A stretch of 64,000 nucleotides of DNA from the NCBI GenBank assembly GCA_964529905.1, contig CAZGXJ010000003.1, positions 2,245 to 66,244 on the forward strand, in the 5' to 3' direction. Under the pieces are notes generated by a model, which did not search any database, had not been told where the DNA came from, and saw only the letters and a list, made by a program, of their open reading frames with translations. This document shows, in pieces, positions 27,945-37,770 of this stretch; position 1 is the first letter of the stretch, and every line of letters starts with the position of its first letter. The DNA comes from an uncultured Nitrososphaeria archaeon (GTDB lineage: Archaea > Thermoproteota > Nitrososphaeria > Geothermarchaeales > JDFR-13). The position numbers and the translations under genes are program-made.

Positions 27945-30572
27945 CTAGGCTACGACACAGGCTGTCCATCCACAGTCTAGGCATTTGAGGCAATCTTCAC
28001 TATATATCAGTGCCTCACTTCCACATTCAGGACATGTTAAGATCTTACCCTTTTTACGGGAAGATATATCAGATTCTTGAGCCCTTGTAGTCAGCTGTAT
28101 AGTTGCCTGAGCCAATACTGTGTTGACTCCTGAAAGGGTAGGCTTCTCTATTCCGAGACTCTCTAATAGATCTAACGTCTTATTTTCCACGATGTCAAAA
28201 TATTTACCTCTTTTCTGGCTTGGGGTAACTAGAACCTGGACAGTCTTAGACCCATCTCTATAAATGGTTATTCCTTTTACCCCTAGTCTATAGCTGAATA
28301 GATATGCCTTCTCAACATCATCTACAGTTACCCAGTTGGGCATATTGATCGTCTTGCTTATCGACTCTGTTATCCATAACCCCGCTTCATACTGCATCCT
28401 AATATGGTCCCACCAAGGAATATCATATGCGACTGGAAATACCTTCTTTAAATCGTCGGGTATCTCATCTAATCCCTGTAGACTCCCTCCATTGTCAGCT
28501 ATCTTCTTCAATATATCTTCCCTGTATAAGCCCTTCTCCTTTAATTGTCTCTCGAACTCTAGGTCTGTGTAGAAGAATACACCTACGGTTACCCTCTTTT
28601 CATATACTAATGCAAATATCGGCTCTATACCAGATGAGACGTCGACCAGCATGGATATCGATCCCGTAGGTGCAATTGTTGATACACCTACATTCCTAAT
28701 TCCATACTTCCTTATCTCCTCCACCAAACCATCCCAGTCAAGGGTCCATATGTCTCTCCTATAGTATCCTCCAACTGGCATCTGGCCATCTCTATATCCA
28801 CTCTTCTCATATAGTGGGAATACCCCCCTCGTCTTGGCCCTCTCCACACTCTTCTTCATCGCATAGTATGTCAGATGCTCTGTAACCTTTCTGGTAAATT
28901 TAAAGCCTTCTTCACTATGATATGGAATCTTCAATGCGGCTAATGTATCAGCTAGCCCCATTATCCCTAGACCTACCCTTCTTAGGGATATCGTTCTCTC
29001 CTCAATCTTCTCAATTGGGTATTTGTTTACATCGATTACATTGTCTAGGAATTCATAAGCCGTCTCAACTGTTTTATGGAAGGCATCCCAGTCAAACCAT
29101 GTAGATCCATCTTCATTAAACCTTACAAAAGCATATAGATTTATACTTCCAAGATTACATGACTCATATGGATATAGAGGTTCCTCTGAACATGGGTTGG
29201 TGCTTCTAATTAGCCCCAGGGAATTCTTCATCACGTTATATGCATTTATCTTGTCTAGAAATAATAATCCTGGATCTCCTGTCTTCCAGGCATATTCAGC
29301 TATTAACCTAAATAAGTTCCTAGCTCTAACCCTCTTAACCTCCAGACCAGATCTGGGATTTATAAGTGGATATTCTCCATCCCTATCCAAAGTCTCCATA
29401 AACTTGTCATTTATCATTACCGATATATTGAAGTTTTCTAGTATACCCTCCTCTTCCTTAGCCCTTATAAATTTCTCTATGTCTGGGTGCCATACCTCTA
29501 ATATACCCATATTAGCCCCTCTCCTCTTCCCGCCTTGTTTTATGACGTCGGTTATCGTATCTATAATCCTCATGAAGGATACCGGCCCACTGGCCACGCC
29601 GGAGGTCGATGAAACTATATCTCCCTCAGGTCTCAGCTTACTATAGTTAATACCTACGCCTCCCCCGCTCTTAAATATCATTGCAGCGTCCTTTGCTGCC
29701 TGCATTATACTCTCGAGATCGTCATCCATATCTAATACGAAGCATGCTGAAAGCTGTCCAAGTCTAGTTCCAGCATTGAAGAGAGTAGGTGAGTTAGGCA
29801 TAAATCTCTTGCTTACCATTAAATCGTAGTATTCCATCATCTTTTCAGCATATTTAGAAAATTCTCCCCTCTCCAACATAGATAGGAATTCGCTCCATGA
29901 TACCTTCATCTTCCCCTCTCTATTCAACCTATCATATAGATACTTCATCCTCTCTAGATGATATCTATTCCAAAATATCCTTTCTCCATTGTCCAGGCTG
30001 AAGCCATATTTATATTCATGCTCTTCAGGATTAAACTCCTCTTCTTCATGGATATTCTGTCTCCCCTCTTTATCATATACTCTTGGGTCATACAATAGAT
30101 CCGGTATCACGATCGTCATCGCGACTCTCTGGAATAACTGTTTTGGACTTTCAATTACCTTCCCCTCATCATCTTTTAATAGGTACCTAGCCGCAAGTAG
30201 TCTTATAGCATTTAAGCTAAACTTTTTATCAACTTCATCTAATTTATCCTTGTTTAGGAGCAACATCTTCTCCTTTCTAATCTTCTCCCTTTCCTTTCTA
30301 TAGAGTATATAGTTTTTAGCGACCTCATAGAGGTCAAATTTTACTAGGCTAAATTCCACTATATCCTGTATCTCCTCAACTGTGGGTATTCCCTCCTCGC
30401 CATACTTTTCATTTAATATTTCAACGATATACACCAATACTTTATTCAGGGTATCCACATCATATTTATCGGCGCTGAGCATAGCCTTCTTTATCGCGTT
30501 CCTTATCCTATTCAGATCGAAGTCAACTATCCTACCATCTCTCTTAACTATTTTCTTAACTAAAACCTTCAT
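27945..30572 (-). CDS. nrdJ: Ribonucleoside-diphosphate/triphosphate reductase, class II (adenosylcobalamin-dependent), with an ATP-cone and a C-terminal zinc ribbon
   Basis: N-terminal ATP-cone (VKRDGRIVDFDLNRIRNAIKKA), active-site STNPCSEEPL, and C-terminal CPECG...CLDCG ribbon. At 875 aa there is no sign of an intein. Confidence 0.85.
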   Translation of the reverse strand: MKVLVKKIVKRDGRIVDFDLNRIRNAIKKAMLSADKYDVDTLNKVLVYIVEILNEKYGEEGIPTVEEIQDIVEFSLVKFDLYEVAKNYILYRKEREKIRKEKMLLLNKDKLDEVDKKFSLNAIRLLAARYLLKDDEGKVIESPKQLFQRVAMTIVIPDLLYDPRVYDKEGRQNIHEEEEFNPEEHEYKYGFSLDNGERIFWNRYHLERMKYLYDRLNREGKMKVSWSEFLSMLERGEFSKYAEKMMEYYDLMVSKRFMPNSPTLFNAGTRLGQLSACFVLDMDDDLESIMQAAKDAAMIFKSGGGVGINYSKLRPEGDIVSSTSGVASGPVSFMRIIDTITDVIKQGGKRRGANMGILEVWHPDIEKFIRAKEEEGILENFNISVMINDKFMETLDRDGEYPLINPRSGLEVKRVRARNLFRLIAEYAWKTGDPGLLFLDKINAYNVMKNSLGLIRSTNPCSEEPLYPYESCNLGSINLYAFVRFNEDGSTWFDWDAFHKTVETAYEFLDNVIDVNKYPIEKIEERTISLRRVGLGIMGLADTLAALKIPYHSEEGFKFTRKVTEHLTYYAMKKSVERAKTRGVFPLYEKSGYRDGQMPVGGYYRRDIWTLDWDGLVEEIRKYGIRNVGVSTIAPTGSISMLVDVSSGIEPIFALVYEKRVTVGVFFYTDLEFERQLKEKGLYREDILKKIADNGGSLQGLDEIPDDLKKVFPVAYDIPWWDHIRMQYEAGLWITESISKTINMPNWVTVDDVEKAYLFSYRLGVKGITIYRDGSKTVQVLVTPSQKRGKYFDIVENKTLDLLESLGIEKPTLSGVNTVLAQATIQLTTRAQESDISSRKKGKILTCPECGSEALIYSEDCLKCLDCGWTACVVA

Positions 30573-30727
30573 ATGGATATCCCTCAGAGAAATTGCTCGG
30601 TATTAAATATAGATAGTATTTCAAGATATTTAGCTCTCTAAATAAGGGGAGGGGTGAGTGAATGTAAATCATATATACCTCATTCAATTCATAAATGTTA
30701 TATAAATATAAAAATTAAACTTTCTAT

Positions 30728-32089
30728 CTAATCGCCCATTTCGGGGAGCTCCTTTATAAGACCTCTCTTCATTAACTCCTTTAGAGTCTCCCTACTATTC
30801 CTAATTATGGTTATAGCTCTCTCCCATAACTCATCCCTGGAATATTTAACCCTGGCTATCCCCTCCTTTATACTTTCCAGTGCTACAGCTACAGCTACCC
30901 TTGGATATACTTCCCACTCCTCCATAGAGGGAACTATATATTCTTCATGGATTCCCTTCTCCTCGGCATACTCAGCTAATGCCTTTGCAGCTACTACACA
31001 CATCATATCAGTAATGGTTTTTGCCCTGACATCTAGGACTCCCCTAAATATTCCAGGGAATCCTAGGCTATTATTTATCTGATTGGGAAAGTCGGATCTA
31101 CCTGTAGCGACTATTCTTGCTCCAGCCTCTTTAGCCTCCCAAGGCCATATCTCTGGGACAGGGTTAGCGGTTGCGAATACTATTGGGTCATCCGACATTA
31201 TCTTTATCCACTCCTTCTTAATCACATTTGGCCCCGGCCTAGAAGCCCCGATAACTACATCTGCCCCTCTAAAGGCGTCTTCAATCTTCTCAATCATATC
31301 TGGATTTGTCTTTTCAGCCAGCCTATATTTCCATGGATTTTTCTCCTTCTTAAGTATATCCTTCCTTCCAGCATGTATAACACCTTTACTATCTATTAAA
31401 TACATATGCTCAGGCTTTGCACCGGCTAACATTAATACTTCCGCGGCCTTCGTATTGGCGGCGCCCACGCCGAATAGGACTATCTTAATCTCATCCATCT
31501 TTTTACCAACTATTTTCAAGGAGTTTATCAATCCAGCTAATATTACCGTTGCGGTTCCCTGCTGATCATCATGCCATACAGGAATACTTAACCTCTTCCT
31601 AGCCTCCTCTAATATATAGAAACATTTTGGTTTCTCTATATCCTCGAGATTAATCCCACCGAATGAAGGCTCTATCCATTCGAGGAATCGGATGATCTCG
31701 AATGGGTCATGGGTCCTAATACTTAGGGGGATCGCATCTACACCACCTAAATATTTAAAGAGTAGGGCCTTCCCCTCCATAACAGGTAATCCAGCCTCTG
31801 GACCTATATTTCCAAGTCCCAATACCCGAGAACCATCTGTAACTATGGCAACGGTATTTCCCCTATTAGTATATTCAAACGATTTATCTATATCATCTCT
31901 GATTTCCTCCGATACAGACGCTACACCTGGTGTATACCATATGTCAAAATCAGATAATCCCCTCACGGGGCATTTAGGTATTGTCTGTATTTTACCACCA
32001 TAATATTTATGTAGATATGGAGATATCCTACCCGGCTTTTCAGCCTTCTCAATCAATTTTTTAATATCCTCCTCCACTCTCGACACCAC
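30728..32089 (-). CDS. NAD(P)-dependent malic enzyme
   Basis: PVWHDDQQGTATVILAGLINSL and VLFGVGAANTKAAEVL Rossmann motif. 453 aa. Confidence 0.85.
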   Translation of the reverse strand: MVSRVEEDIKKLIEKAEKPGRISPYLHKYYGGKIQTIPKCPVRGLSDFDIWYTPGVASVSEEIRDDIDKSFEYTNRGNTVAIVTDGSRVLGLGNIGPEAGLPVMEGKALLFKYLGGVDAIPLSIRTHDPFEIIRFLEWIEPSFGGINLEDIEKPKCFYILEEARKRLSIPVWHDDQQGTATVILAGLINSLKIVGKKMDEIKIVLFGVGAANTKAAEVLMLAGAKPEHMYLIDSKGVIHAGRKDILKKEKNPWKYRLAEKTNPDMIEKIEDAFRGADVVIGASRPGPNVIKKEWIKIMSDDPIVFATANPVPEIWPWEAKEAGARIVATGRSDFPNQINNSLGFPGIFRGVLDVRAKTITDMMCVVAAKALAEYAEEKGIHEEYIVPSMEEWEVYPRVAVAVALESIKEGIARVKYSRDELWERAITIIRNSRETLKELMKRGLIKELPEMGD

Positions 32090-32190
32090 AATATAAAAAA
32101 CTTATGTGTAGGCATAGTATGGAATAATAGTATAAATAGTATATTTCAATTTATGGATTGGTTTTAGGCTTGAGCCGTAGGGTTGATTAT

Positions 32191-32688
32191 CTACCTATAT
32201 TGATATATTCTTGCTATAAACTCGTTTAAATTCTTAGACTTAATCAATTCTTCTAAGGCCTTATCGCCACCCATAAGTTTTACAGCCTCCTCAAATGTCT
32301 CTAGGAATCTTAGCTGGACGGTATCCTCAGGTCCGCATCCCCTAATCCTAATGAATTTATTGTAGGCTTCATCCAATGTATAACCTTTTAGAATTAGGAA
32401 TGCTATGGATACTGTCCCAGTTCTCCCACATCCAGCTCTACAATGTAGATACACTTTCTTACCCGTATTCAATAGTGCATTGATCGTCTTCAATGCATAT
32501 CCTATATTCCAAATGGGCTCTACATTGAAGTCTAAAATGTCGAAGCAATAGTTATCAACCTCCCTATTGATATATGGCTTTGCACCACAGTCTAGAGATA
32601 TAATTGCATCAATCTCTAAATCATCTAGAAATATTTTCCCTGGTCCGACGAATAATCCCTTATATATTTCTATAGGCATAATACTCAA
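32191..32688 (-). CDS. Protein tyrosine / dual-specificity phosphatase
   Basis: VYLHCRAGCGRTGT contains the CX5R P-loop (HCxxGxxRT). Confidence 0.75.
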   Translation of the reverse strand: MSIMPIEIYKGLFVGPGKIFLDDLEIDAIISLDCGAKPYINREVDNYCFDILDFNVEPIWNIGYALKTINALLNTGKKVYLHCRAGCGRTGTVSIAFLILKGYTLDEAYNKFIRIRGCGPEDTVQLRFLETFEEAVKLMGGDKALEELIKSKNLNEFIARIYQYR

Positions 32689-32731
32689 TATATCTAAATA
32701 TGGATTAGATAAATCTTTAGGGTGATGGGGG

Positions 32732-32947
32732 ATGGATGTGGAGAATATAAGTATACCTAAGTCTCTATATAATAGGATCTTGAAGATTGCGGAGGACCTA
32801 GACGTTAATGTTAATGAATTAATTATTGATATGTTGAGGGAGGCGGTGTCTAGATATGAGGAGGAGATCGGATCACGTTTAGAGCTGTCTGAGGAGGAGG
32901 TTAAAAAGATTAAGGATAGGCTTAGGAGTCTAGGCTATCTAGACTAA
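32732..32947 (+). CDS. Small RHH/CopG-like protein with a C-terminal RLRSLGYL tail (paralogue of 40283-40492)
   Basis: 71 aa. N-terminal alternating beta-strand plus helix (NISIPKSLYNRILKIAEDL), acidic linker, and C-terminal EEEVKKIKDRLRSLGYLD. It ends 2 nt before the sat start. Confidence 0.4.
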   Translation: MDVENISIPKSLYNRILKIAEDLDVNVNELIIDMLREAVSRYEEEIGSRLELSEEEVKKIKDRLRSLGYLD

Positions 32948-32948
32948 G

Positions 32949-34109
32949 GTGGATATTGATATGGTTAGTAGGCCCCATGGTGGGAGGCTTGTTGAAAGGA
33001 TATTGTCTCCTGAGAAGATTGAGAAGATCTTGGGGGAGTTGGGGGAGTATGAAGCGTTGGAGGTTGACGATGTAAGATATAGGGATGTAGAGAACCTTGG
33101 ATATGGAATATATAGTCCCCTCACAGGTTTTATAGATTCGGTTGAGCTGGATAGCATACTAAATAACATGAGGCTTACAAACGATCTTCCATGGACAATC
33201 CCAATTATATTAGATGTTGACGGGTCTTTTAGGAATAGGTTTGGGCCTGGTGATGAAATCATACTTAAATATAGTGGTAAACCTATCGCTAGGCTACATA
33301 TAAGTGAGATTTATAGATATGATAAGAAGGAGTTTGTGGAGAAAGTCTTTAAGACAAGAGATGTTAATCATCCAGGTGTGAAGACGTTATATGGATATGG
33401 AGATTATCTCGTTGCTGGTGATATAGAATATATCCCCTCCTATGACGATGGATATCAAAACTATTTCCTATCTCCTAAGGAGACTAGGGTATTGTTTAGG
33501 GAGAGGAGGTGGGAAACAATAGTTGCTTTTCAGACTAGGAATGTCCCACATCTAGGGCATGAATATGTACAGAAGACTGCCTTGACATTTGTAGACGGCC
33601 TATTTATAAATCCTGTTATTGGTAGGAAGAAGAGGGGTGATTTCAGGGATGAAGTTATCCTAGATGCATATAAGACATTGATTAAATATTATTATCCAAG
33701 GGATTCTGTTATCCTGAGTATAGTGAGATATGGTATGAGATATGCAGGTCCTAGAGAGGCTATCCACCATGCAATTATGAGGAAGAACTTTGGCGCCACC
33801 CACTTTATCGTGGGTAGGGACCATGCAGGGGTGGGTAATTATTATGGTAGGTATGAGGCTCAGGAGATATTTAAGGAATTCCCAGATCTAGGTATCACAC
33901 CCTTCTTCTTTAAGGAATTCTTCTACTGTAGGGGATGTGGAGGAATGTCTAATGAACGTATATGCCCCCATAGGGTTGAGGATAGGATCTATATTAGTGG
34001 GACTAAGATTAGGGAGAGCCTTAAAAAGGGGGTTCTCCCACCTAGTGAGATGATGAGGAGAGAGGTCGCCGAGACGATTTTGAGATATGGTGATCCATTT
34101 GTCAGGTGA
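32949..34109 (+). CDS. sat: Sulfate adenylyltransferase (ATP sulfurylase)
   Basis: QTRNVPHLGHEY and IVGRDHAGVG signature motifs. 386 aa. Confidence 0.85.
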   Translation: MDIDMVSRPHGGRLVERILSPEKIEKILGELGEYEALEVDDVRYRDVENLGYGIYSPLTGFIDSVELDSILNNMRLTNDLPWTIPIILDVDGSFRNRFGPGDEIILKYSGKPIARLHISEIYRYDKKEFVEKVFKTRDVNHPGVKTLYGYGDYLVAGDIEYIPSYDDGYQNYFLSPKETRVLFRERRWETIVAFQTRNVPHLGHEYVQKTALTFVDGLFINPVIGRKKRGDFRDEVILDAYKTLIKYYYPRDSVILSIVRYGMRYAGPREAIHHAIMRKNFGATHFIVGRDHAGVGNYYGRYEAQEIFKEFPDLGITPFFFKEFFYCRGCGGMSNERICPHRVEDRIYISGTKIRESLKKGVLPPSEMMRREVAETILRYGDPFVR

Positions 34110-35118
34110 ATCTGGTATACTAAAGGATTTAGTGGGTTCCAAACCCCTAATTATTTTCCATTGGGATGCAGATGGAATCACCTCTACAAGTCTGTTGAAG
34201 AATTTTCTAGAGCTAGATCCATATCTATATGTCCCCAGGATAGGCTTCTATTTAATAGATTTGGATGAGGTTTCGATGTTTAAGGGTTTTGACAATATCT
34301 TCATTGTAGATTTCGGTGTTGAGACCCCTATTTTAGAGAGATTGGGAGATAGATTTGGATGTGAAGTCTTCGTGTTTGACCATCATCATAGGAGACATTC
34401 AAAGAAAATCAAGATATTCAACTATTTAGTGGATGGAAGGCCGTATCCATCTGAGTCTGTCATGGTAACGGAGTTGCTCCATCTCGAACCCAATCTACTA
34501 ACTGTATTAGGGTATGTTGGAGACCTATTTGATAGGGCCCTCAACGATAGATATTCTTATATTCTAAAACATGTAGAATCCAGATATGGATATGAGTATA
34601 GTTCTATTAAATATATGGTTGACCTAATACAATCCAACTATGTATTCCAAGATAGGGATGAGATAATTAGATCTGTCGATTATCTAATCGATTCTCTAGA
34701 GGATCCAAATATCATCTTTGAGAATGATTTATGGAAGGCTAGATATAATGAGATGATGGATACCATAGATAGGCTTCGAGATATGGAGCCTATAAAAATG
34801 GGTAGGGTGTTATTCTTCGAGGTTAAAGAAAGTTTATATATTACCTCATATATAGGCCGGGATCTAGCTAAGAAGTATCGTGGATACTATGTCTTAGTGG
34901 GTTTTCCAAACCTCTCGGATGGATATTCCCAGATATATTTAAGGATAGATGGGGAGCCAGATATAAGTTTTAGAGATTTGATCGCTGAGTTGAATAATCT
35001 TGGGCTCTATGCAGGTGGGAAGGAGAGGGTCTTAGGAGTATTTATGGAGAAAGATAGATATAGAGAGGTTATTAATCATATACTTAAAAAGTTGGGTGTA
35101 GGAGATGGTATGTGGTAA
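34087..35118 (+). CDS. DHH-family phosphoesterase (candidate NrnA-like pAp phosphatase/oligoribonuclease)
   Basis: DHH motifs HWDADG and VFVFDHHH. It lies between sat and cysC, a context where 3'-phosphoadenosine-5'-phosphate phosphatases occur. Confidence 0.6.
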   Translation: MVIHLSGESGILKDLVGSKPLIIFHWDADGITSTSLLKNFLELDPYLYVPRIGFYLIDLDEVSMFKGFDNIFIVDFGVETPILERLGDRFGCEVFVFDHHHRRHSKKIKIFNYLVDGRPYPSESVMVTELLHLEPNLLTVLGYVGDLFDRALNDRYSYILKHVESRYGYEYSSIKYMVDLIQSNYVFQDRDEIIRSVDYLIDSLEDPNIIFENDLWKARYNEMMDTIDRLRDMEPIKMGRVLFFEVKESLYITSYIGRDLAKKYRGYYVLVGFPNLSDGYSQIYLRIDGEPDISFRDLIAELNNLGLYAGGKERVLGVFMEKDRYREVINHILKKLGVGDGMW

Positions 35119-35637
35119 GGGATTTGTCATATGGCTAACTGGTATTCCAGGCTCAGGTAAAACTACTTTGGCCAAGAGACTAAAAAGTTTTCTTGAGGAG
35201 AGGGGATTATGTGTTGAACACTTAGACGGTGATGAGTTAGGCCATGGCTAAGTCCCGAGGCGGGATTTTCAAGGGGGGGAAGGGGTAGGCACCTAAGAAG
35301 AGGCGCTTTTGTATCCCATCTTCTAGCTAGAAACGGTGTCATAGTTATAGCATCCTTCGTCTCACCCTATAGAGAGACTAGAGATGTGGCTAGAAGCCTA
35401 AATAGAGGTAGGTTTATAGAGGTATATGTAAAATGTCCAGTTGAAGTGGCCATTAAGAGGGATCCTAAAGGATTATATAAGAAGGCTTTGAGGGGTGAGA
35501 TTAAAGATATGACTGGTATACAGGATATATATGAGCCGCCGGAGAATCCCGAGATCATAGTTGAGACAGATAAGGAGTCGGTCGATGAATCACTTAATAA
35601 GATAATTGACTTTCTGATTCGGAACAGTTATATTTAA
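35105..35637 (+). pseudogene. cysC: Adenylylsulfate (APS) kinase with an apparent single-nucleotide frameshift near 35238-35240
   Basis: The frame from ATG 35105 encodes MVCGKGFVIWLTGIPGSGKTTLAKRLKSFLEERGLCVEHLDGDEL (P-loop) and hits TAA at 35249-35251. The -1 frame continues with RPWLSPEAGFSRGGRGRHLRRGAFVSHLLARNGVIVIASFVSPYRETRD...FIEVYVKCPVEVAIKRDPKGLYKKALRGEIKDMTGIQDIYEPPENPEIIVETD to stop 35637. Joined, the two segments align colinearly with APS kinases, with one missing nucleotide. Confidence 0.6.
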
Positions 35638-35640
35638 GAG

Positions 35641-37044
35641 GTGGTATATCTGAAGAAGAGATTATTTGTGTTCGGTTTAGATGCGGCTCCTCCAAGCCTA
35701 CTCTTCCGAGACTTCCTACCATACTTACCAAACTTCCAAAAAGTCCTGAAACATTCTATATACGGGGAGATGAGGAGCTGCGACCCACCTATAACGGTCC
35801 CAGCATGGATGGTTATGATGACTGGTAGAGAGCCTGGGGAACTGGGTCTATATGGTTTTAGACATAGGAAGGGATATAGTTACAAAGATATAGTACTCCC
35901 ATCTAGTAGGGATGTCAAGGTTGATAGGGTTTGGGATATCCTAGGTAAAAATAATTATAAGAGTTTTATTATGGGTGTTCCCCCTTCATATCCACCTTAT
36001 AAGATTAATGGATGGCTTATAAGCTGTTTCTTGACACCAGATGATACGACGACATTTACATATCCATTGACTTTGAAGTATGAGGTTAAGAAGATAGTTG
36101 ATAGATATATATTTGACGTTCCTTTTCGCAGGGAGGATAGGGACTGGGTGTTGGACAATATAAATTTAATGACTGATATACACTCTAAAGTCGCTTTAAA
36201 GATGGCTAAAAGCAAGCCTTGGGACTTCTTCATGTATATGGAGATCGGATTAGATAGGGTTCAACATGCATTCTGGAAATACATGGATAGGAGTCATGTA
36301 AGATATGAGGAACACCCTAGATACTCGAAGGCGATTCTAAATTACTATATTAAGCTTGATAAGATCCTTGGAGAGATATTGGAGGTTGTAGGTGACTCAG
36401 ATATTTTAATCGTCTCTGATCATGGTGCTAAGAAGATGGATGGAGCTTTTGCAATAAATGAATGGCTTATGGATAGGGGGTATCTAAAGGTGAGGGATAG
36501 AGATATTAGGCCTAGGACTAGGTTATCCGATGTAGATATTGATTGGAGTGAAACCATTGCATGGGGCTGGGGTGGATATTATGGTAGGTTATTTATAAAT
36601 GTCGAGGGTAGGGAGGAGTCAGGAATAGTTTCTTGGGATGAATATAATGATATCTTAAGTAGATTGGCTAAGGAGGTATCCTCTATAAGGGGCCCGAATA
36701 AAGAGGTATGGAATAACATTGTATACCGTCCAAGGGATCTATATAGAGAGTTAAGAGGTAATCCACCTGACCTCATGATATATTTCGACGATCTAAACTG
36801 GAGATCAGCTGGGACTATTGGATATGATACTCCATATCTTGAGGAGAACGATACAGGTCCGGATGATGCAGTCCATGACTATAACGGTATATTTATATGG
36901 TATTCCAAGAGATTTAATTCACCCATTAATATTGGGGAAGTATCGATATATGATATAGCCCCCACAATATTGGGATACTATGATCTAACACCTCCAGATG
37001 TAAGGGGTAATGTTATAGAGGAGATAGTTAGATATATGTCTTAA
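35641..37044 (+). CDS. Alkaline-phosphatase-superfamily protein, type I phosphodiesterase/nucleotide pyrophosphatase-like
   Basis: The metal-site/nucleophile region DPPITVPAWMVMMTG resembles the D-x-x-T...TG motif of NPP/AP-superfamily enzymes. 467 aa. Last gene of the sat cluster. Confidence 0.5.
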   Translation: MVYLKKRLFVFGLDAAPPSLLFRDFLPYLPNFQKVLKHSIYGEMRSCDPPITVPAWMVMMTGREPGELGLYGFRHRKGYSYKDIVLPSSRDVKVDRVWDILGKNNYKSFIMGVPPSYPPYKINGWLISCFLTPDDTTTFTYPLTLKYEVKKIVDRYIFDVPFRREDRDWVLDNINLMTDIHSKVALKMAKSKPWDFFMYMEIGLDRVQHAFWKYMDRSHVRYEEHPRYSKAILNYYIKLDKILGEILEVVGDSDILIVSDHGAKKMDGAFAINEWLMDRGYLKVRDRDIRPRTRLSDVDIDWSETIAWGWGGYYGRLFINVEGREESGIVSWDEYNDILSRLAKEVSSIRGPNKEVWNNIVYRPRDLYRELRGNPPDLMIYFDDLNWRSAGTIGYDTPYLEENDTGPDDAVHDYNGIFIWYSKRFNSPINIGEVSIYDIAPTILGYYDLTPPDVRGNVIEEIVRYMS

Positions 37045-37080
37045 GTTACATAGCTAGATAATTATCTCCAAAAGGAGTCA

Positions 37081-37770
37081 TCATATATTTATCTCCTTCC
37101 TCATATAGGCTATGAAGGATATGAATATTATGACAAGCGATATGAATAAAGTTATATACTCTAGTACATACCATCTCAATGTGAGATAGTCTATATACCT
37201 TGTAGCGGTTAGGGGACCTATAAAAAAGGTAATAATTGAGGCGATAGGATCTAGTTTATAGTTGAGCGATCTCGCCCTATTTAGGAGGATTGGGGGTATA
37301 TAAGGAAGTAGTAGGAAGACTATTGATAGGTATATAAAAGCCCCCCTATAAGATGGTAGGAGGAATGAGACGGATATAAATGCTAGATATATAACTATCT
37401 TAAGGTTAAGTGGTGAAAGATATAAAAATCCATCTTCATGGGTTGATATTACCAGGTTTAGAGGTATAACTATAAGTAGGTTTATTAATAGGAATGTTAC
37501 TATCCTCCCTATGAATGTGTCGGCCATACTTCCAAATATATTTATCTCGAATGCCTCAACCCTAGGCTCTCTATATAGAAATATAGAGATTACAAGTACT
37601 ATTATTGGGAGTATAGCCATATCTACATCTAGGATAAAGATATCTAATAACTCATTTCTCCCTATAAATGGGACTGTTATCAATGTAGGTAATAGGTATA
37701 ATATTGAGATAAAGGGATGTATAAAGACATCTTTAAAATACCATTTGATCGACCTAAGGATTTTCTGCAT
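37081..37770 (-). CDS. Polytopic membrane protein (putative permease component of an ABC system)
   Basis: 229 aa with about 6 hydrophobic helices. It overlaps the upstream ABC ATPase gene. Confidence 0.4.
   Translation of the reverse strand: MQKILRSIKWYFKDVFIHPFISILYLLPTLITVPFIGRNELLDIFILDVDMAILPIIVLVISIFLYREPRVEAFEINIFGSMADTFIGRIVTFLLINLLIVIPLNLVISTHEDGFLYLSPLNLKIVIYLAFISVSFLLPSYRGAFIYLSIVFLLLPYIPPILLNRARSLNYKLDPIASIITFFIGPLTATRYIDYLTLRWYVLEYITLFISLVIIFISFIAYMRKEINI

Noticed and set aside
27945-30572. Possible intein in the class II ribonucleotide reductase
   Set aside because: The 875-aa length is within the range of intein-free archaeal NrdJ proteins carrying an ATP-cone. No HNH/LAGLIDADG-like block or Cys/Ser-His...Asn splice-junction pattern interrupts the catalytic NPCSEEP region.
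29197-31565. Several plus-strand ORFs of 100-160 aa (29197-29646, 29989-30303, 31083-31565 and others)
   Set aside because: All lie antisense within nrdJ or the malic enzyme gene. Their compositionally biased products indicate they are not genes.
35250-35300. GC-rich stretch (ccgaggcgggattttcaagggggggaaggggtaggcacc) considered as a possible tRNA or structured RNA
   Set aside because: It translates in frame as part of the APS kinase core (GFSRGGRGRHLRRG, aligning to GFSKEDRDTNIRRIG), so it is coding sequence. No cloverleaf could be folded by eye.
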